Shown one piece after another: positions 46,860 through 56,877 of a stretch of DNA of 64,000 nt. The notes beneath the pieces were generated by a model that saw nothing but the letters and a program-made list of their open reading frames with translations, searched no databases and had not been told where the DNA came from. Source of the DNA: an uncultured SAR86 cluster bacterium (GTDB taxonomy: Bacteria; Pseudomonadota; Gammaproteobacteria; Magnimaribacterales; D2472); contig CACKRJ010000001.1 of the NCBI GenBank assembly GCA_902602595.1, positions 346,522 to 410,521 of the forward strand, given 5' to 3'. Numbering within the stretch: position 1 is the first letter of the stretch; each line of letters opens with the position of its first letter. A program made the translations under genes and the position numbers.

Positions 46860-46862
46860 ATT

Positions 46863-48593
46863 TTGTATAATCAAATTTTATCTTCGCTAAATGATTTTAT
46901 TAATAACGATCTGTCTTTTGATTCCGATCAAAAGAAAACGTTATTAAATAAACATAAGCTTACCCTTACAGATTCTCTGCAAAAGGGTCACTGGACTACA
47001 AATATTTGTTTGATTGCATCCAATCTTGCAAAGAAAAAGCCTCAAGATATAGCTGCAGCTCTTATATCAAAACTTGAAAGTCAACGTGATATTTCAAAGG
47101 TGGAATTAGCAGGCCCAGGTTTCATCAATATATTTTTAACCCGAAAAGTATTTCTAAAACAAATAGATGATGCTCACAAAAATCCAAATTCTTTTGTTGA
47201 TTCTTCCCGCGCATCTAAAGAAAAAATACAAATTGAGTTTGTATCAGCCAATCCAACCGGCCCATTGCATGTGGGTCACGGACGCGGTGCTGCCTATGGA
47301 GATGCCATTGGTCGAATCTTGCAGCGACTAGGCCATGAAGTATCTAAAGAATACTATGTGAATGATGCAGGAAGGCAAATTGATATTTTGGCATGCAGTA
47401 TCTTTTTAAGAAAATTTGAATGCTTTGGTGATGAGTCGTTTCCAAACGCTGCATATAAAGGATCATACATAATTGAAATTGCTATGAGCATAGAGATAGA
47501 TGAAGCATTTCCTCAATCAGATAAAGAAAAATTAATTAGCAACCTTTCGGATGATGATGAAGAAAAAATAGATGAATTAATTGAGCGCATAAAAACTAAT
47601 TATTCAAGTAGTTGGTTATTAATTAGAGACTTTGGTCTGGAGTATGTAATTAAATCTATTAAAGGGGATCTTACTCAATTTAAGGTGATTTTTGATAATT
47701 GGTTTTTTGAATCTTCTTTGGGAGAACTCACTGACAAAAAATCAGAAATTTCTCAAGCACTCGATCAAGTTAAAAAAGAGCACGCCTATGAAAAGAATGG
47801 TGCTGTGTGGCTTGAGTCCACAAAATTTGGCGATGATAAAGATCGTGTCATTATTCGAGAAGATGGGAGGGGCACATATCTATCAGCTGATTTGGCCTAT
47901 CACAGAAACAAATTAGATAGAGGATTCGACACCATTATAAATGTTTGGGGTTCAGATCATCATGGTTATATTAAAAGAATTGAAGCAACCATTGAGGCTA
48001 TGGGTTACAGCAAAAAGCAAATGCAGGTTCAGCTTGTTCAATTTGCCAACCTGCTTGAGAATGGCTCTAAAGTTAAAATGTCTACTCGAAGTGGGAATTT
48101 TTATACACTGAAACAGCTAATTGATGATATTGGACCTGATGCATCAAGATTTTACTATTTATCCAAACAAGCAGATCAACACCTAGATTTTGATATTGGG
48201 GTTGCTAGATCTAATTCTAAGGATAATCTTTATTATTATGTCCAATATGCACATGCCAGAATCTGTTCCGTAGAGAAAAAATATCTTGAGCTAGGAATGT
48301 CCTTACCAAGCAAGTTTAATGATGCTGATTTCGAGGGTTGTGATGAGCTGCTTCAGATGGCTTTAAATGCTCAATTTGTTATTAAAAGCTCAGGAGAAAA
48401 TCTTCAACCGCATATTATTGTTTATTATCTAAGAGATATATCACAAAGCTTTCATCAATTTTACAACAGCGTAAATATTCTTAATGCAAAAAAATCAGAG
48501 CAGAATAATATTGTGAGAACTTTAATGATTGTTAAATCTGTCATAGCATCATCTTTGGAATTGTTAGGCATTGAACCTTTAGATAGTATGTAA
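46863..48593 (+). CDS. argS: Arginine--tRNA ligase
   Basis: HIGH region SANPTGPLHVGHGR, KMSTRSG, and a C-terminal anticodon-binding domain ending ...M. TTG start. Confidence 0.97.
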   Translation: MYNQILSSLNDFINNDLSFDSDQKKTLLNKHKLTLTDSLQKGHWTTNICLIASNLAKKKPQDIAAALISKLESQRDISKVELAGPGFINIFLTRKVFLKQIDDAHKNPNSFVDSSRASKEKIQIEFVSANPTGPLHVGHGRGAAYGDAIGRILQRLGHEVSKEYYVNDAGRQIDILACSIFLRKFECFGDESFPNAAYKGSYIIEIAMSIEIDEAFPQSDKEKLISNLSDDDEEKIDELIERIKTNYSSSWLLIRDFGLEYVIKSIKGDLTQFKVIFDNWFFESSLGELTDKKSEISQALDQVKKEHAYEKNGAVWLESTKFGDDKDRVIIREDGRGTYLSADLAYHRNKLDRGFDTIINVWGSDHHGYIKRIEATIEAMGYSKKQMQVQLVQFANLLENGSKVKMSTRSGNFYTLKQLIDDIGPDASRFYYLSKQADQHLDFDIGVARSNSKDNLYYYVQYAHARICSVEKKYLELGMSLPSKFNDADFEGCDELLQMALNAQFVIKSSGENLQPHIIVYYLRDISQSFHQFYNSVNILNAKKSEQNNIVRTLMIVKSVIASSLELLGIEPLDSM

Positions 48594-48598
48594 TTAAT

Positions 48599-49135
48599 GT
48601 GAAGGATTTTGCTAAAAAACACCCCGTAAATAAGCCAAAGGCGAGAAAAGTTAAGACTTCTTTACGCGCAAAAAGAGAGCTCAATCAACCATTAAAGATA
48701 AAGCACTTGTTTATCATTGGTGCTGTGAGCGCCCTGCTTCTATTTGCATCAAATCTAATACTTCAAACTGATGTTGTGAATATTAGAGGCAATGTCAACA
48801 GTCCAACAATAGAATTTTTATACCCTGTAGAGTTAGCAAAAGATACTGTGCTGATTGAACTTGAAGGCATAGTTGTTGAAGAAGACTGTGAGTACTTAAT
48901 CCAAATTGAATCCTATGGGAAAAGAGTATATGCACAGGAACAACTTAGCTCTCTACTATCTTTGGGCTTAGAATCTTATGTTGAAAAAACATTTAGCTCA
49001 AAGCAACCTGACAAGCCATTATTCAGAGTTATGTCAGGTCCATATTTAAATAAATCTGAAGTAAATAATGCCAACGAACTTCTCATAAAAAATCGCAGGC
49101 AGCCTCTTATCTATAAGAAATGTACCAAGGTATAG
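48599..49135 (+). CDS. SPOR-domain-like membrane protein
   Basis: Basic N-terminus plus a TM helix. The C-terminal LFRVMSGPYLNKSEVNNANELL resembles a SPOR repeat. Its position after argS matches pseudomonads. GTG start. Confidence 0.55.
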   Translation: MKDFAKKHPVNKPKARKVKTSLRAKRELNQPLKIKHLFIIGAVSALLLFASNLILQTDVVNIRGNVNSPTIEFLYPVELAKDTVLIELEGIVVEEDCEYLIQIESYGKRVYAQEQLSSLLSLGLESYVEKTFSSKQPDKPLFRVMSGPYLNKSEVNNANELLIKNRRQPLIYKKCTKV

Positions 49136-49803
49136 CAGAAAGACTCTTGGATATTTCTAGCAAGGTCCATGAGGCTTGCCGTCAAGCTCAACGATCTGAA
49201 AAGGACGTAAAACTAGTCGCAGTATCAAAGTTACAGCCTATTGATGTTATCAATCAAGCCTACGCACTTGGGATAAATAATTTTGGAGAAAATTATGCAC
49301 AAGAATTAGCAAAAAAATCTTTAGCTTGTCCCAAGGATATAATTTGGCATTTTATAGGCCCCATCCAATCCAATAAAGTAAGCTTGATTGCTAAACATGC
49401 TAATTGGGTGCACTCAATTGATAGGGAAAAAATTGCCAAGAAGCTTAACGAAGTATTAGAAAATGAAGGCAAAAAAATTCATGCGCTGGTGCAGGTTAAT
49501 ATTGATAAAGAAGACTCTAAATCAGGAATTCCTCCAGAAGAGGCTGTTGATTTTGTTAATGAGCTGATGTCCGACTATCCAAGCTTGATGCTAGAGGGCT
49601 TGATGTTTATGCCTAAGATTAATGTCTCAAATAAAGCTAAAATGGATACTATGAATAAAATAATAGACCTACAAAAATTGCTATTAACGAAAATTCCTAG
49701 TTGTACTCACTTGTCTTTAGGAACATCTAGCGACTTTGAGGAATCTATTTTAGCTGGCTCAACAATTCTAAGAATTGGCGAGAGTTTGTTAGGCAAAAGA
49801 TAA
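49120..49803 (+). CDS. yggS: PLP homeostasis protein YggS
   Basis: LVAVSK (PLP lysine), HFIGPIQSNK and LSLGTSSDF. Confidence 0.9.
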   Translation: MYQGIAERLLDISSKVHEACRQAQRSEKDVKLVAVSKLQPIDVINQAYALGINNFGENYAQELAKKSLACPKDIIWHFIGPIQSNKVSLIAKHANWVHSIDREKIAKKLNEVLENEGKKIHALVQVNIDKEDSKSGIPPEEAVDFVNELMSDYPSLMLEGLMFMPKINVSNKAKMDTMNKIIDLQKLLLTKIPSCTHLSLGTSSDFEESILAGSTILRIGESLLGKR

Positions 49804-50588
49804 TGAAAATTTGTTTTCTAGGATGTGGCAACATTGCTCAAGCTATCATTGATGGGCTTTTAAAAAGCGGTATCTCATCCTCTGATATTGCTTGCATTGA
49901 AAGAAATGAGCAAAGAGTTGAGTCACTAAGAGCGCAGAATTTACAAATAATTAAACTAGAAGACTTAGCTTCAATAGACTTGGATTTAATTGTGCTGGCA
50001 GTAAAGCCCAAGGATGCTTTGAGTGCCGAAAAAAGAATTTATAAGATGACGCCAAAAGTAACCATATTAAGTGTGGTTGCAGGAATTGAGATAGAAAAGT
50101 ATTCGCAACCCCATTCCATAATTCGGGCAATGCCTAATACGGCATGCGCTTTTTGCAAAGGTGTAACAGCTCTCTATGCTAAAGATCACGACTCAACTGC
50201 ATTCAATAATGCAAACAGCTTATTTACCAGGGTTGGTCATGTATTAGCACTTCAAAGTGAAGAGGAAATGCATAGATTTACTAGTATCATTGGGAGTGGC
50301 CAAGCTTTTCTTTTCCAGGTGCTTAATATATACCTGCAAGAATTAGAAAAAATTACATCTTCTAATCATGTAACTGCTAAATTAATGTTTCAAGACTTTA
50401 TCAGCAGCTTAGGTGACTCATTTTCTCAAGACCAGAATTTTGAAAGCTTAATAAATAAGATAAAATCTCCGGAAGGAACAACTCAGGCTGGTTTGGAATC
50501 TCTTGAAAAAAATAATCTTGATAAGATTTTACAAGATGCTTTTCAAGCTGCTGAAGATAGATCCATAGAAATTAGTAATGAGAAATAA
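49803..50588 (+). CDS. proC: Pyrroline-5-carboxylate reductase
   Basis: MKICFLGCGNIAQAI dinucleotide fold, RAMPNT and SPEGTTQAGL. Confidence 0.9.
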   Translation: MKICFLGCGNIAQAIIDGLLKSGISSSDIACIERNEQRVESLRAQNLQIIKLEDLASIDLDLIVLAVKPKDALSAEKRIYKMTPKVTILSVVAGIEIEKYSQPHSIIRAMPNTACAFCKGVTALYAKDHDSTAFNNANSLFTRVGHVLALQSEEEMHRFTSIIGSGQAFLFQVLNIYLQELEKITSSNHVTAKLMFQDFISSLGDSFSQDQNFESLINKIKSPEGTTQAGLESLEKNNLDKILQDAFQAAEDRSIEISNEK

Positions 50589-50608
50589 TAAGAAATACAT
50601 TAGACAAT

Positions 50609-51124
50609 ATGATTAGCGCAGTAGCAGTGATTTTGGGTTTTGCTAGCTATGCGTTTGTTATGTTGTCACTATTCCGACTTTTTCGGGTTAACTACTTCAA
50701 TCCAATAGTTAAAATATTCGCGACATATTTAGAACCAGTCTCAAAAAACCTTTTCTTCTTTTTGCCGCCTCTTTTTGCTGCAATTGCTTTAGCCCTGGTG
50801 CTGAAATTTGCTTCTTTTTATCTTGCCTACTCGTCTGGTTATGAAACTCTTACCCTCTTTTATCTTTCTATCATAGATGTTTTGAATTCTGGTTTTAGAA
50901 TATTGTTTTATTGTGTCATCGGCTCAGTTGTTCTAAGTTGGGTGGCTCCTGGAAATAGTCATCCCTTATTGCAACTTATTGAGGAAATTTCTGCTGGCAT
51001 TTTGAGTCCTATTAGGAAATTTCTTCCACCTATGGGCGGCTTAGATTTTACTCCCATTATTGGATTGCTAGTGCTAAATCTAATTAATACTTCTTTCATT
51101 CAAATTATTCGTTCTTTGTTATGA
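50609..51124 (+). CDS. yggT: YggT family membrane protein
   Basis: 171 aa and 4 TM helices. It follows proC as in other gammaproteobacteria. Confidence 0.8.
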   Translation: MISAVAVILGFASYAFVMLSLFRLFRVNYFNPIVKIFATYLEPVSKNLFFFLPPLFAAIALALVLKFASFYLAYSSGYETLTLFYLSIIDVLNSGFRILFYCVIGSVVLSWVAPGNSHPLLQLIEEISAGILSPIRKFLPPMGGLDFTPIIGLLVLNLINTSFIQIIRSLL

Positions 51125-52221
51125 AAACAGTAACTGAAAAAATATCATTTGGTGACTCTTTGACTCTTGAATCTGGGCAAGTACTATCAAGTTTTGAAGT
51201 AATGACTGAAACCTATGGAGAGCTCAACTCAAAAAAAACTAATGCAGTATTAGTGTGCCACGCCTTCTCTGGCAATCACCATGCAGCTGGCAGAAGAGAT
51301 GGAGAAACAAAATCTGGTTGGTGGGATGAAATAATTGGAGATGGTAAAACAATTGACACTTCAAAATTTTTTGTAGTCTCCCTCAATAACATAGGTGGTT
51401 GTAATGGCTCTACCGGACCGACTACTGTTACATCTGAATCAGGCCAACCTTATGGTGCAAATTTTCCTGAAGTAACAGTCAGTGATTGGGTTGAAACTCA
51501 AAAATTAGTCGCTGATCATTTTGGAATTAGTTGCTGGGAAATGGTTGCTGGTGGTAGTTTAGGCGGAATGCAGGCACTGCAATGGGCAATTTCATATCCC
51601 AAGAGAATTAAGAAAGCTGCAATTATTGCTGCGTCAGCAAAAATCAGCACGCAAAATATTGCATTAAATGAGGTGGCCAGAGAAATAATCAAAAAAGATG
51701 AGCATTTCCATAATGGTGATTATTTAGTAAAGGGTGAATCACCTAATAAAGGATTGAAAGCTGCAAGGATGCTTGGTCATATAACTTATTTATCTGAGTC
51801 TAATATGAGAAAAAGGTTTGGAAGAAAATTGCAAGATCCGGAAAATAAGATAGACACAGACGTAAACTATGAGGTAGAAAATTATCTGCAGTATAAAGGT
51901 GAACAATTTTCTAAAACCTTTGATGCTAACAGCTATATCCTTATGACCAAGGCCATGGATAGCTTTGATCCTGCAAAAGACTTCGATAATAATTTGGTTA
52001 AATGTCTTAAGAGAATTCAAGCTAAATTGCTTATTGCATCTTTTGATTCAGATTGGCTTTTTCCAAAAGAGTACGGTTTAGACATCCAAATGTCTGCTAT
52101 CAAGGCAGGCATAGATAGCTCCTACATAGAACTTGATGGTGATTACGGTCATGACAGCTTTCTCTTTTATTCTGATCAGTATGCATCTGCGCTGAAAAAC
52201 TTCTTAAATTCTAATGGATAA
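51121..52221 (+). CDS. metX: Homoserine O-acyl(acetyl/succinyl)transferase MetX
   Basis: CHAFSGNHH, nucleophile GGSLGGMQALQW, SDWLFP and YGHDSFL. Confidence 0.95.
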   Translation: MKTVTEKISFGDSLTLESGQVLSSFEVMTETYGELNSKKTNAVLVCHAFSGNHHAAGRRDGETKSGWWDEIIGDGKTIDTSKFFVVSLNNIGGCNGSTGPTTVTSESGQPYGANFPEVTVSDWVETQKLVADHFGISCWEMVAGGSLGGMQALQWAISYPKRIKKAAIIAASAKISTQNIALNEVAREIIKKDEHFHNGDYLVKGESPNKGLKAARMLGHITYLSESNMRKRFGRKLQDPENKIDTDVNYEVENYLQYKGEQFSKTFDANSYILMTKAMDSFDPAKDFDNNLVKCLKRIQAKLLIASFDSDWLFPKEYGLDIQMSAIKAGIDSSYIELDGDYGHDSFLFYSDQYASALKNFLNSNG

Positions 52222-52801
52222 CAGACTTCAATCTATTGTTCTTGATTGGATACCAAGTAACTCCAAAGTTGTAGATTTTGGATGTGGAGACGGGACTCTC
52301 CTTAGAATATTAACTGAGCAAAAATCTGTTACCGGTTATGGAGTGGAGAATGATCCTGAAAAAATTAATGCTTGTATTATCAATGGAGTATCTGTAATTC
52401 AGCAAGATATTGATGCTGGCATCCAAAACTACAAAGGTATGGATTTTGATTTCGCTCTTATGGCTAGCTCCATTCAATGCTTAAGAAAACCGAGAGACGC
52501 GATGAAAAATATTTTAAACGTTGCAAATGAATGTGTAATTACATTGCCGAATTTTGGAAACTGGGAACTGAGATTAGGTATATTAAATGGCAAAATGCCT
52601 TCCTCGGCACAACTTCCTGCCAAATGGTATGAAACAAAAAATCTTCATCTATGCACAATTGCAGATTTCGAGGAATTATGTAGCGATGAGTCTTTTGTCA
52701 TTAAAGAGAAGGTTTATTTAAATCGTCGAGGCAGCTCTTCGTGGCTTGCCAATACATTTCCTAACTTATTTGCTGCCCAAGCAGTCTATCTCATTGGCTA
52801 A
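52214..52801 (+). CDS. metW: Methionine biosynthesis protein MetW
   Basis: SAM-MTase-like VVDFGCGDGTLL. It overlaps metX by 8 bp. 195 aa. Confidence 0.92.
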   Translation: MDNRLQSIVLDWIPSNSKVVDFGCGDGTLLRILTEQKSVTGYGVENDPEKINACIINGVSVIQQDIDAGIQNYKGMDFDFALMASSIQCLRKPRDAMKNILNVANECVITLPNFGNWELRLGILNGKMPSSAQLPAKWYETKNLHLCTIADFEELCSDESFVIKEKVYLNRRGSSSWLANTFPNLFAAQAVYLIG

Positions 52802-53399
52802 TCAATCAACTATCGTTGTAGCAACTAATAATCCAGGTAAATTAAAAGAATTTGTCCTGCTGCTCCCAAACTATAAAATAATCTCACAAAATTCTTTAGG
52901 AATAACGCCTGATGAGGAGCTTGGTGAGACATTCTTTGAAAATAGTCTTCAAAAAGCTCGAGTAGCAAATGCCGCTTCTGGCATGGCGTCTCTTGGGGAT
53001 GATTCAGGCTTGATTGTTCCAGCCTTAAATAATTTACCTGGATTGCGATCAGCTAGGTATGCACATGAGTGCGCAACGGATGATGAAAATAGGCAACATC
53101 TTAAAAAAGAACTGGAAAAGTTAAATTTAAATCAAGCGAAAGCATACTTTGTATGTGTACTTGTTTTTGTGCGAGTTCCAGCAGACCCATTCCCACTTAT
53201 TGCAACTGGGCTCTTGGAAGGCACTGTAAAAACAACAATGCAAGGAGAGAATGGTTTTGGATATGATCCAATGTTCTATCCAAAAAACAGCAATGTGTCC
53301 TTAGGAGAAATGGGTGCAGATAAGAAAGCTTTGCTTAGTCACAGAGGGAAAGCTATGCAAATTTTAACAAAAAAGATCGAAGGCTTTGCTTCTGAATAA
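52794..53399 (+). CDS. rdgB: dITP/XTP pyrophosphatase (RdgB/HAM1)
   Basis: IVVATNNPGKLKEF, GENGFGYDPMF and LSHRGKA. The TTG at 52794 overlaps the metW stop. The track start at 52746 is also a TTG but lies well inside metW. Confidence 0.88.
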   Translation: MANQSTIVVATNNPGKLKEFVLLLPNYKIISQNSLGITPDEELGETFFENSLQKARVANAASGMASLGDDSGLIVPALNNLPGLRSARYAHECATDDENRQHLKKELEKLNLNQAKAYFVCVLVFVRVPADPFPLIATGLLEGTVKTTMQGENGFGYDPMFYPKNSNVSLGEMGADKKALLSHRGKAMQILTKKIEGFASE

Positions 53400-54489
53400 A
53401 ATACCTCTCAGTCTTTATATTCATCTACCCTGGTGTGAAACACAGTGCCCCTATTGTGATTTTTCCAATACCACTGACTCTGTAAATGGTAATGATGCAA
53501 AATTGGCTGAAGCAATCATTAAAGACATCAACCAATCCAATGATTTAATAGCTGACAGAAAATTTAAAACCATTTATTTTGGCGGAGGCACGCCATCTCT
53601 AGCCTCAACTGAATCAATCAAACATATATTAGATTCTGTTAAAGATAGATTTGTATCTGAAGAAGCTGAAATAACTTTCGAGATGAATCCTAGTAATGTG
53701 TCTGAAGACAAGATTGATAAATTATTAATAGCGGGCATCAATCGAATATCATTAGGCGTCCAAAGTTATAACAACCAAGAGTTGCAAGCATTAGGACGCA
53801 ATCATGATCGAGAATCTGCAATCCATGCCACCCAAGCGCTTAAAGGAATTAATTCAACGATTGATTTAATCTATGGCATTGAAAAGCAAACACCTGAGTC
53901 ATTTACTGAGAGCTTAAACAAAATAATTCAATCAGATATCAATCACCTGTCTTTATACCAATTAACAATCGAGCCAAATACTATTTTTTATAAAAAAGAG
54001 TTGAAGCTCCCAAATGAAGAAGAAATCGAAATAATTGAATTCATTGCAAAAAATCTTCTAGAAAGAAATGGCTTTAGACAATATGAGGTTTCTTCTTGGT
54101 CAAAGCCGGGGTATGAAAGCCAACACAATATGAATTATTGGCAGTTTGGTGATTTTTTAGGAGTGGGTCCAGGCTCACATAGCAAAATCTCAAATAAGGC
54201 AGAAATTATAAGATTCAGAAAGATTAAACCCCTTGAGGGATACATTCAAAACCAAAGATCAACTGACTTAAAAATTATTTCAGATAATGATCTCGATATG
54301 GATCTTGCAATGAACTTACTAAGAATTAAAAACGGTCTTCAACAAGAAGATATAACAATAAAACTGCCTGCAAGTTTCTTAAAAAAATATCAAAAAGGCA
54401 TTGATGCGGGTTTGTTATTAAAGAACAGAATTGGAGCAACTCAAAAGGGATATCGATTCCTCAATGAAACTATTCAGTTATTTTTTTAG
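53386..54489 (+). CDS. hemW: Radical SAM heme chaperone HemW (oxygen-independent coproporphyrinogen oxidase-like)
   Basis: LSLYIHLPWCETQCPYCDF (CxxxCxxC) and IYFGGGTPS. TTG start overlaps rdgB. Confidence 0.9.
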   Translation: MLLNKIPLSLYIHLPWCETQCPYCDFSNTTDSVNGNDAKLAEAIIKDINQSNDLIADRKFKTIYFGGGTPSLASTESIKHILDSVKDRFVSEEAEITFEMNPSNVSEDKIDKLLIAGINRISLGVQSYNNQELQALGRNHDRESAIHATQALKGINSTIDLIYGIEKQTPESFTESLNKIIQSDINHLSLYQLTIEPNTIFYKKELKLPNEEEIEIIEFIAKNLLERNGFRQYEVSSWSKPGYESQHNMNYWQFGDFLGVGPGSHSKISNKAEIIRFRKIKPLEGYIQNQRSTDLKIISDNDLDMDLAMNLLRIKNGLQQEDITIKLPASFLKKYQKGIDAGLLLKNRIGATQKGYRFLNETIQLFF

Positions 54490-55134
54490 AACACTTAATA
54501 AAAAAGTATGTATTGATCTACCCTCATTTATCGCTCGCTGTTGAAAGCGAGTGATGGGCATGCCTTCATTAGAAATTTGTTTGTGGGAAAAATGTTCTTT
54601 AGTTTTTTCTATCTCTTCCTCAATAGATTCAGCGTAATTTTCCCAATCCGTTGAAATATATACCGTCCCATCTTTTTTTAGAACTTTGGCTAAAACTTTT
54701 AAGAAATCATGTTTAATTAGCCTGCGTTTATGATGCCTGACTTTAGGCCATGGATCGGGGCAAATAATGTAGACTTCATCAAATATATCTTTTGGCAGGT
54801 TTAAAATAAGTTCACGTACATCCTCGTCATAGATTTTTATATTGTTCAGTGAGTTCTGAGCAATGCTATTTAAGAGACTGCCTATACCTGAGAGGTATAC
54901 CTCTGAAGCAACTATAAATGCATTTGGGTTTTTAGCTGCTAAGAAAGTTGTATTTTCTCCATTACCAAAACCTATTTCTAAAAAAATTTTTTCATGGCTC
55001 TTGGCTAATTCTAAGAGTTCCTTCGGTCCTCCGAGACGATGATCTTCCAGTGACTCTAATGCGTTTCTTTGAGATACGGTAATGCGTCCAAGTCTTTTTA
55101 CAAAACTTGTTAAGTAAGGTTTATCTTGATTAAT
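54478..55134 (-). CDS. trmB: tRNA (guanine46-N7)-methyltransferase; no canonical start codon, putative ATT start
   Basis: Own hand translation of the only large ORF-track gap: (I)NQDKPYLTSFVKRLGRITVSQRNALE...IFLEIGFGNGEN...VYIICPDPWPKVRHHKRRLIKHDFLKVLAKVLKKDGTVYISTDWENYAE...RFQQRAINEGRSIHTFLLSVLKK*. It has the GxGxG SAM motif and DPWxKxRHxKRR. The frame is open from the rpoH stop down to the TAA at 54480-54478. The 5' boundary is uncertain. Confidence 0.85.
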   Translation of the reverse strand: MNQDKPYLTSFVKRLGRITVSQRNALESLEDHRLGGPKELLELAKSHEKIFLEIGFGNGENTTFLAAKNPNAFIVASEVYLSGIGSLLNSIAQNSLNNIKIYDEDVRELILNLPKDIFDEVYIICPDPWPKVRHHKRRLIKHDFLKVLAKVLKKDGTVYISTDWENYAESIEEEIEKTKEHFSHKQISNEGMPITRFQQRAINEGRSIHTFLLSVLKK

Positions 55135-55149
55135 AGCAGAGTGCCTATC

Positions 55150-56010
55150 TTAGGCTGCGTTAGACATGGCTGCTTTGAGTTTTTTCAATGCTCCATTTTC
55201 AATTTGTCTAATTCTTTCTGCAGAAACATTGTACTCATCAGCCAAGTCGTGAAGTGTTTCTTTTTCGTCGGCAAGGTATCTTCTTGCAATAATGTCTTTG
55301 CTACGATCATCTAAGCTAGATAAGGCCATGGAAAGCTCTTGTGAATTATGATCAGAGACTTCTTGCGCCTCGACAAGAATTTCGGGGCTGGATGATTTGT
55401 CTTCAAGGTACTGAGAAGGAGAAAGGATATCGCCTTCATCATCGCTGCCAACCGGCGCATCAAACGCCGAGTCATTCGAGGTCAATCGATTTTCCATATG
55501 TAAAACGTCTTTCACTTCTACATTCAAATCTTCTGCGATCTTTTCAGCTTCTTCTTGTGTTAACCAATCAAGTGTTTTCTTCTTGCTTCTGAGATTAAAG
55601 AAGAGTTTTCTTTGCGCTTTTGTTGTTGCAATTTTTACCATTCTCCAATTTTTAAGAATGTACTCATGAATTTCAGCTTTGATCCAATGCACAGCAAAAG
55701 AAACAACCTTAACACCTCGATTTGGATCAAATCGATCAACGGCTTTCATCAATCCAACATTGCCTTCCTGAATGATATCGGCAAGAGGCAGACCGTAACC
55801 TTGATAAGATCGCGCAATATGCACCACAAATCTTAAGTGAGAAAGAACAAGTTGGCGAGCTGCTTCAAGATCGTTGTTCTCATAAAGCTTTTGCGCAAGC
55901 TCCTGTTCCTGTTCCGCGGTCAGGATAGGAATAGCATGCACGCAAGACAAATAAGATTCTATATCTTTGCCCGGGGTTGAAAGCGTAATTGTTTGTAAGT
56001 CTGTACTCAT
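55150..56010 (-). CDS. rpoH: RNA polymerase sigma-32 (heat shock sigma factor)
   Basis: RpoH box QRKLFFNLRSKK, region 2 LVLSHLRFVVHIARSYQGYGLPLADIIQEGNVGLMKAV, and region 4 NVSAERIRQIE. Confidence 0.95.
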   Translation of the reverse strand: MSTDLQTITLSTPGKDIESYLSCVHAIPILTAEQEQELAQKLYENNDLEAARQLVLSHLRFVVHIARSYQGYGLPLADIIQEGNVGLMKAVDRFDPNRGVKVVSFAVHWIKAEIHEYILKNWRMVKIATTKAQRKLFFNLRSKKKTLDWLTQEEAEKIAEDLNVEVKDVLHMENRLTSNDSAFDAPVGSDDEGDILSPSQYLEDKSSSPEILVEAQEVSDHNSQELSMALSSLDDRSKDIIARRYLADEKETLHDLADEYNVSAERIRQIENGALKKLKAAMSNAA

Positions 56011-56061
56011 ATATATTTTACTAATAACTAATTATAACCCATAGTTATTAGGAACTGATAA

Positions 56062-56877
56062 TTATAGCAAATTTTTACTAAAACCACCTATTAGAGACAA
56101 AATTGTCCTTTTTTCGTTCAAATTACTTATTGCGATGAACATAGGGTTTAATATGCTATCTTTTTTCCCATATTCAAGGGGTTTTTGGTTATCTATTTGG
56201 AAAATTCCTCCGCCCTTAGAGCGAAGAATAGCATCTGCAGCTGCTATGTCCCATTCAGAAGTGGGGCCAAATCGTGGATAGATATCAGCTGTCTTATCTG
56301 CCAAGGCGCAAATTTTAAGAGAACTGCCCTTAGGTATAATCTTTAGTCTTTTTCCTTTTTTATCTAAAAAGTTTAAAAAGGCTTTGTCTATGACTGTTCT
56401 GTGACTCTTGCTGGTAACTATTCGCAGGATTGATCGTTTTTTACTGTCAGCCTTTTTCTTATTCATTTGTTGATTCGTTATTCCAGACCAGACTTGATCA
56501 AAAACCGGCGCCCCTACTACTCCAAGCACAGGCTTGCCATTTTGAATAAGGGCTATGTTGGTAGTGAACTCGTCTGATTTATTAACAAACTCTTTAGTTC
56601 CATCAATGGGATCAATAATCCAAAACTCTTTTGCTGGCTTGTAATTTTTTTGCCTAAAACTTTCTTCTGAAACAACAGGTATATCAGGAAAGTGCCTTTT
56701 AAGAAACTTTACCATTGCTTTATGAGCATACATATCTGCAGCAGTCACAGGCGACCCATCTTTCTTTTCTTGCACGTTTGACCTGGGATTACGATAAATT
56801 TTAAGAATCTCTGGAAATAAACTACGTGTTAATTCCTCTAATTGAGAGATAATAAGTTCTAAATTCTTAGATAACAT
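56062..56877 (-). CDS. cysQ: 3'(2'),5'-bisphosphate nucleotidase
   Basis: Inositol-monophosphatase fold with VVSEES, WIIDPIDGTKEF and EWDIAAADAIL. The ATG at 56877 (MLSKNLE...) is preferred over 56907. Confidence 0.85.
   Translation of the reverse strand: MLSKNLELIISQLEELTRSLFPEILKIYRNPRSNVQEKKDGSPVTAADMYAHKAMVKFLKRHFPDIPVVSEESFRQKNYKPAKEFWIIDPIDGTKEFVNKSDEFTTNIALIQNGKPVLGVVGAPVFDQVWSGITNQQMNKKKADSKKRSILRIVTSKSHRTVIDKAFLNFLDKKGKRLKIIPKGSSLKICALADKTADIYPRFGPTSEWDIAAADAILRSKGGGIFQIDNQKPLEYGKKDSILNPMFIAISNLNEKRTILSLIGGFSKNLL

Noticed and set aside
55132-55152. RpoH-TrmB fusion protein produced by read-through of the rpoH TAA
   Set aside because: The two genes are in the same frame, but TAA is the most efficient stop codon and no read-through context or recoding signal is apparent. 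Independent or re-initiated translation of trmB is more plausible. The arrangement is kept only as part of the trmB finding.
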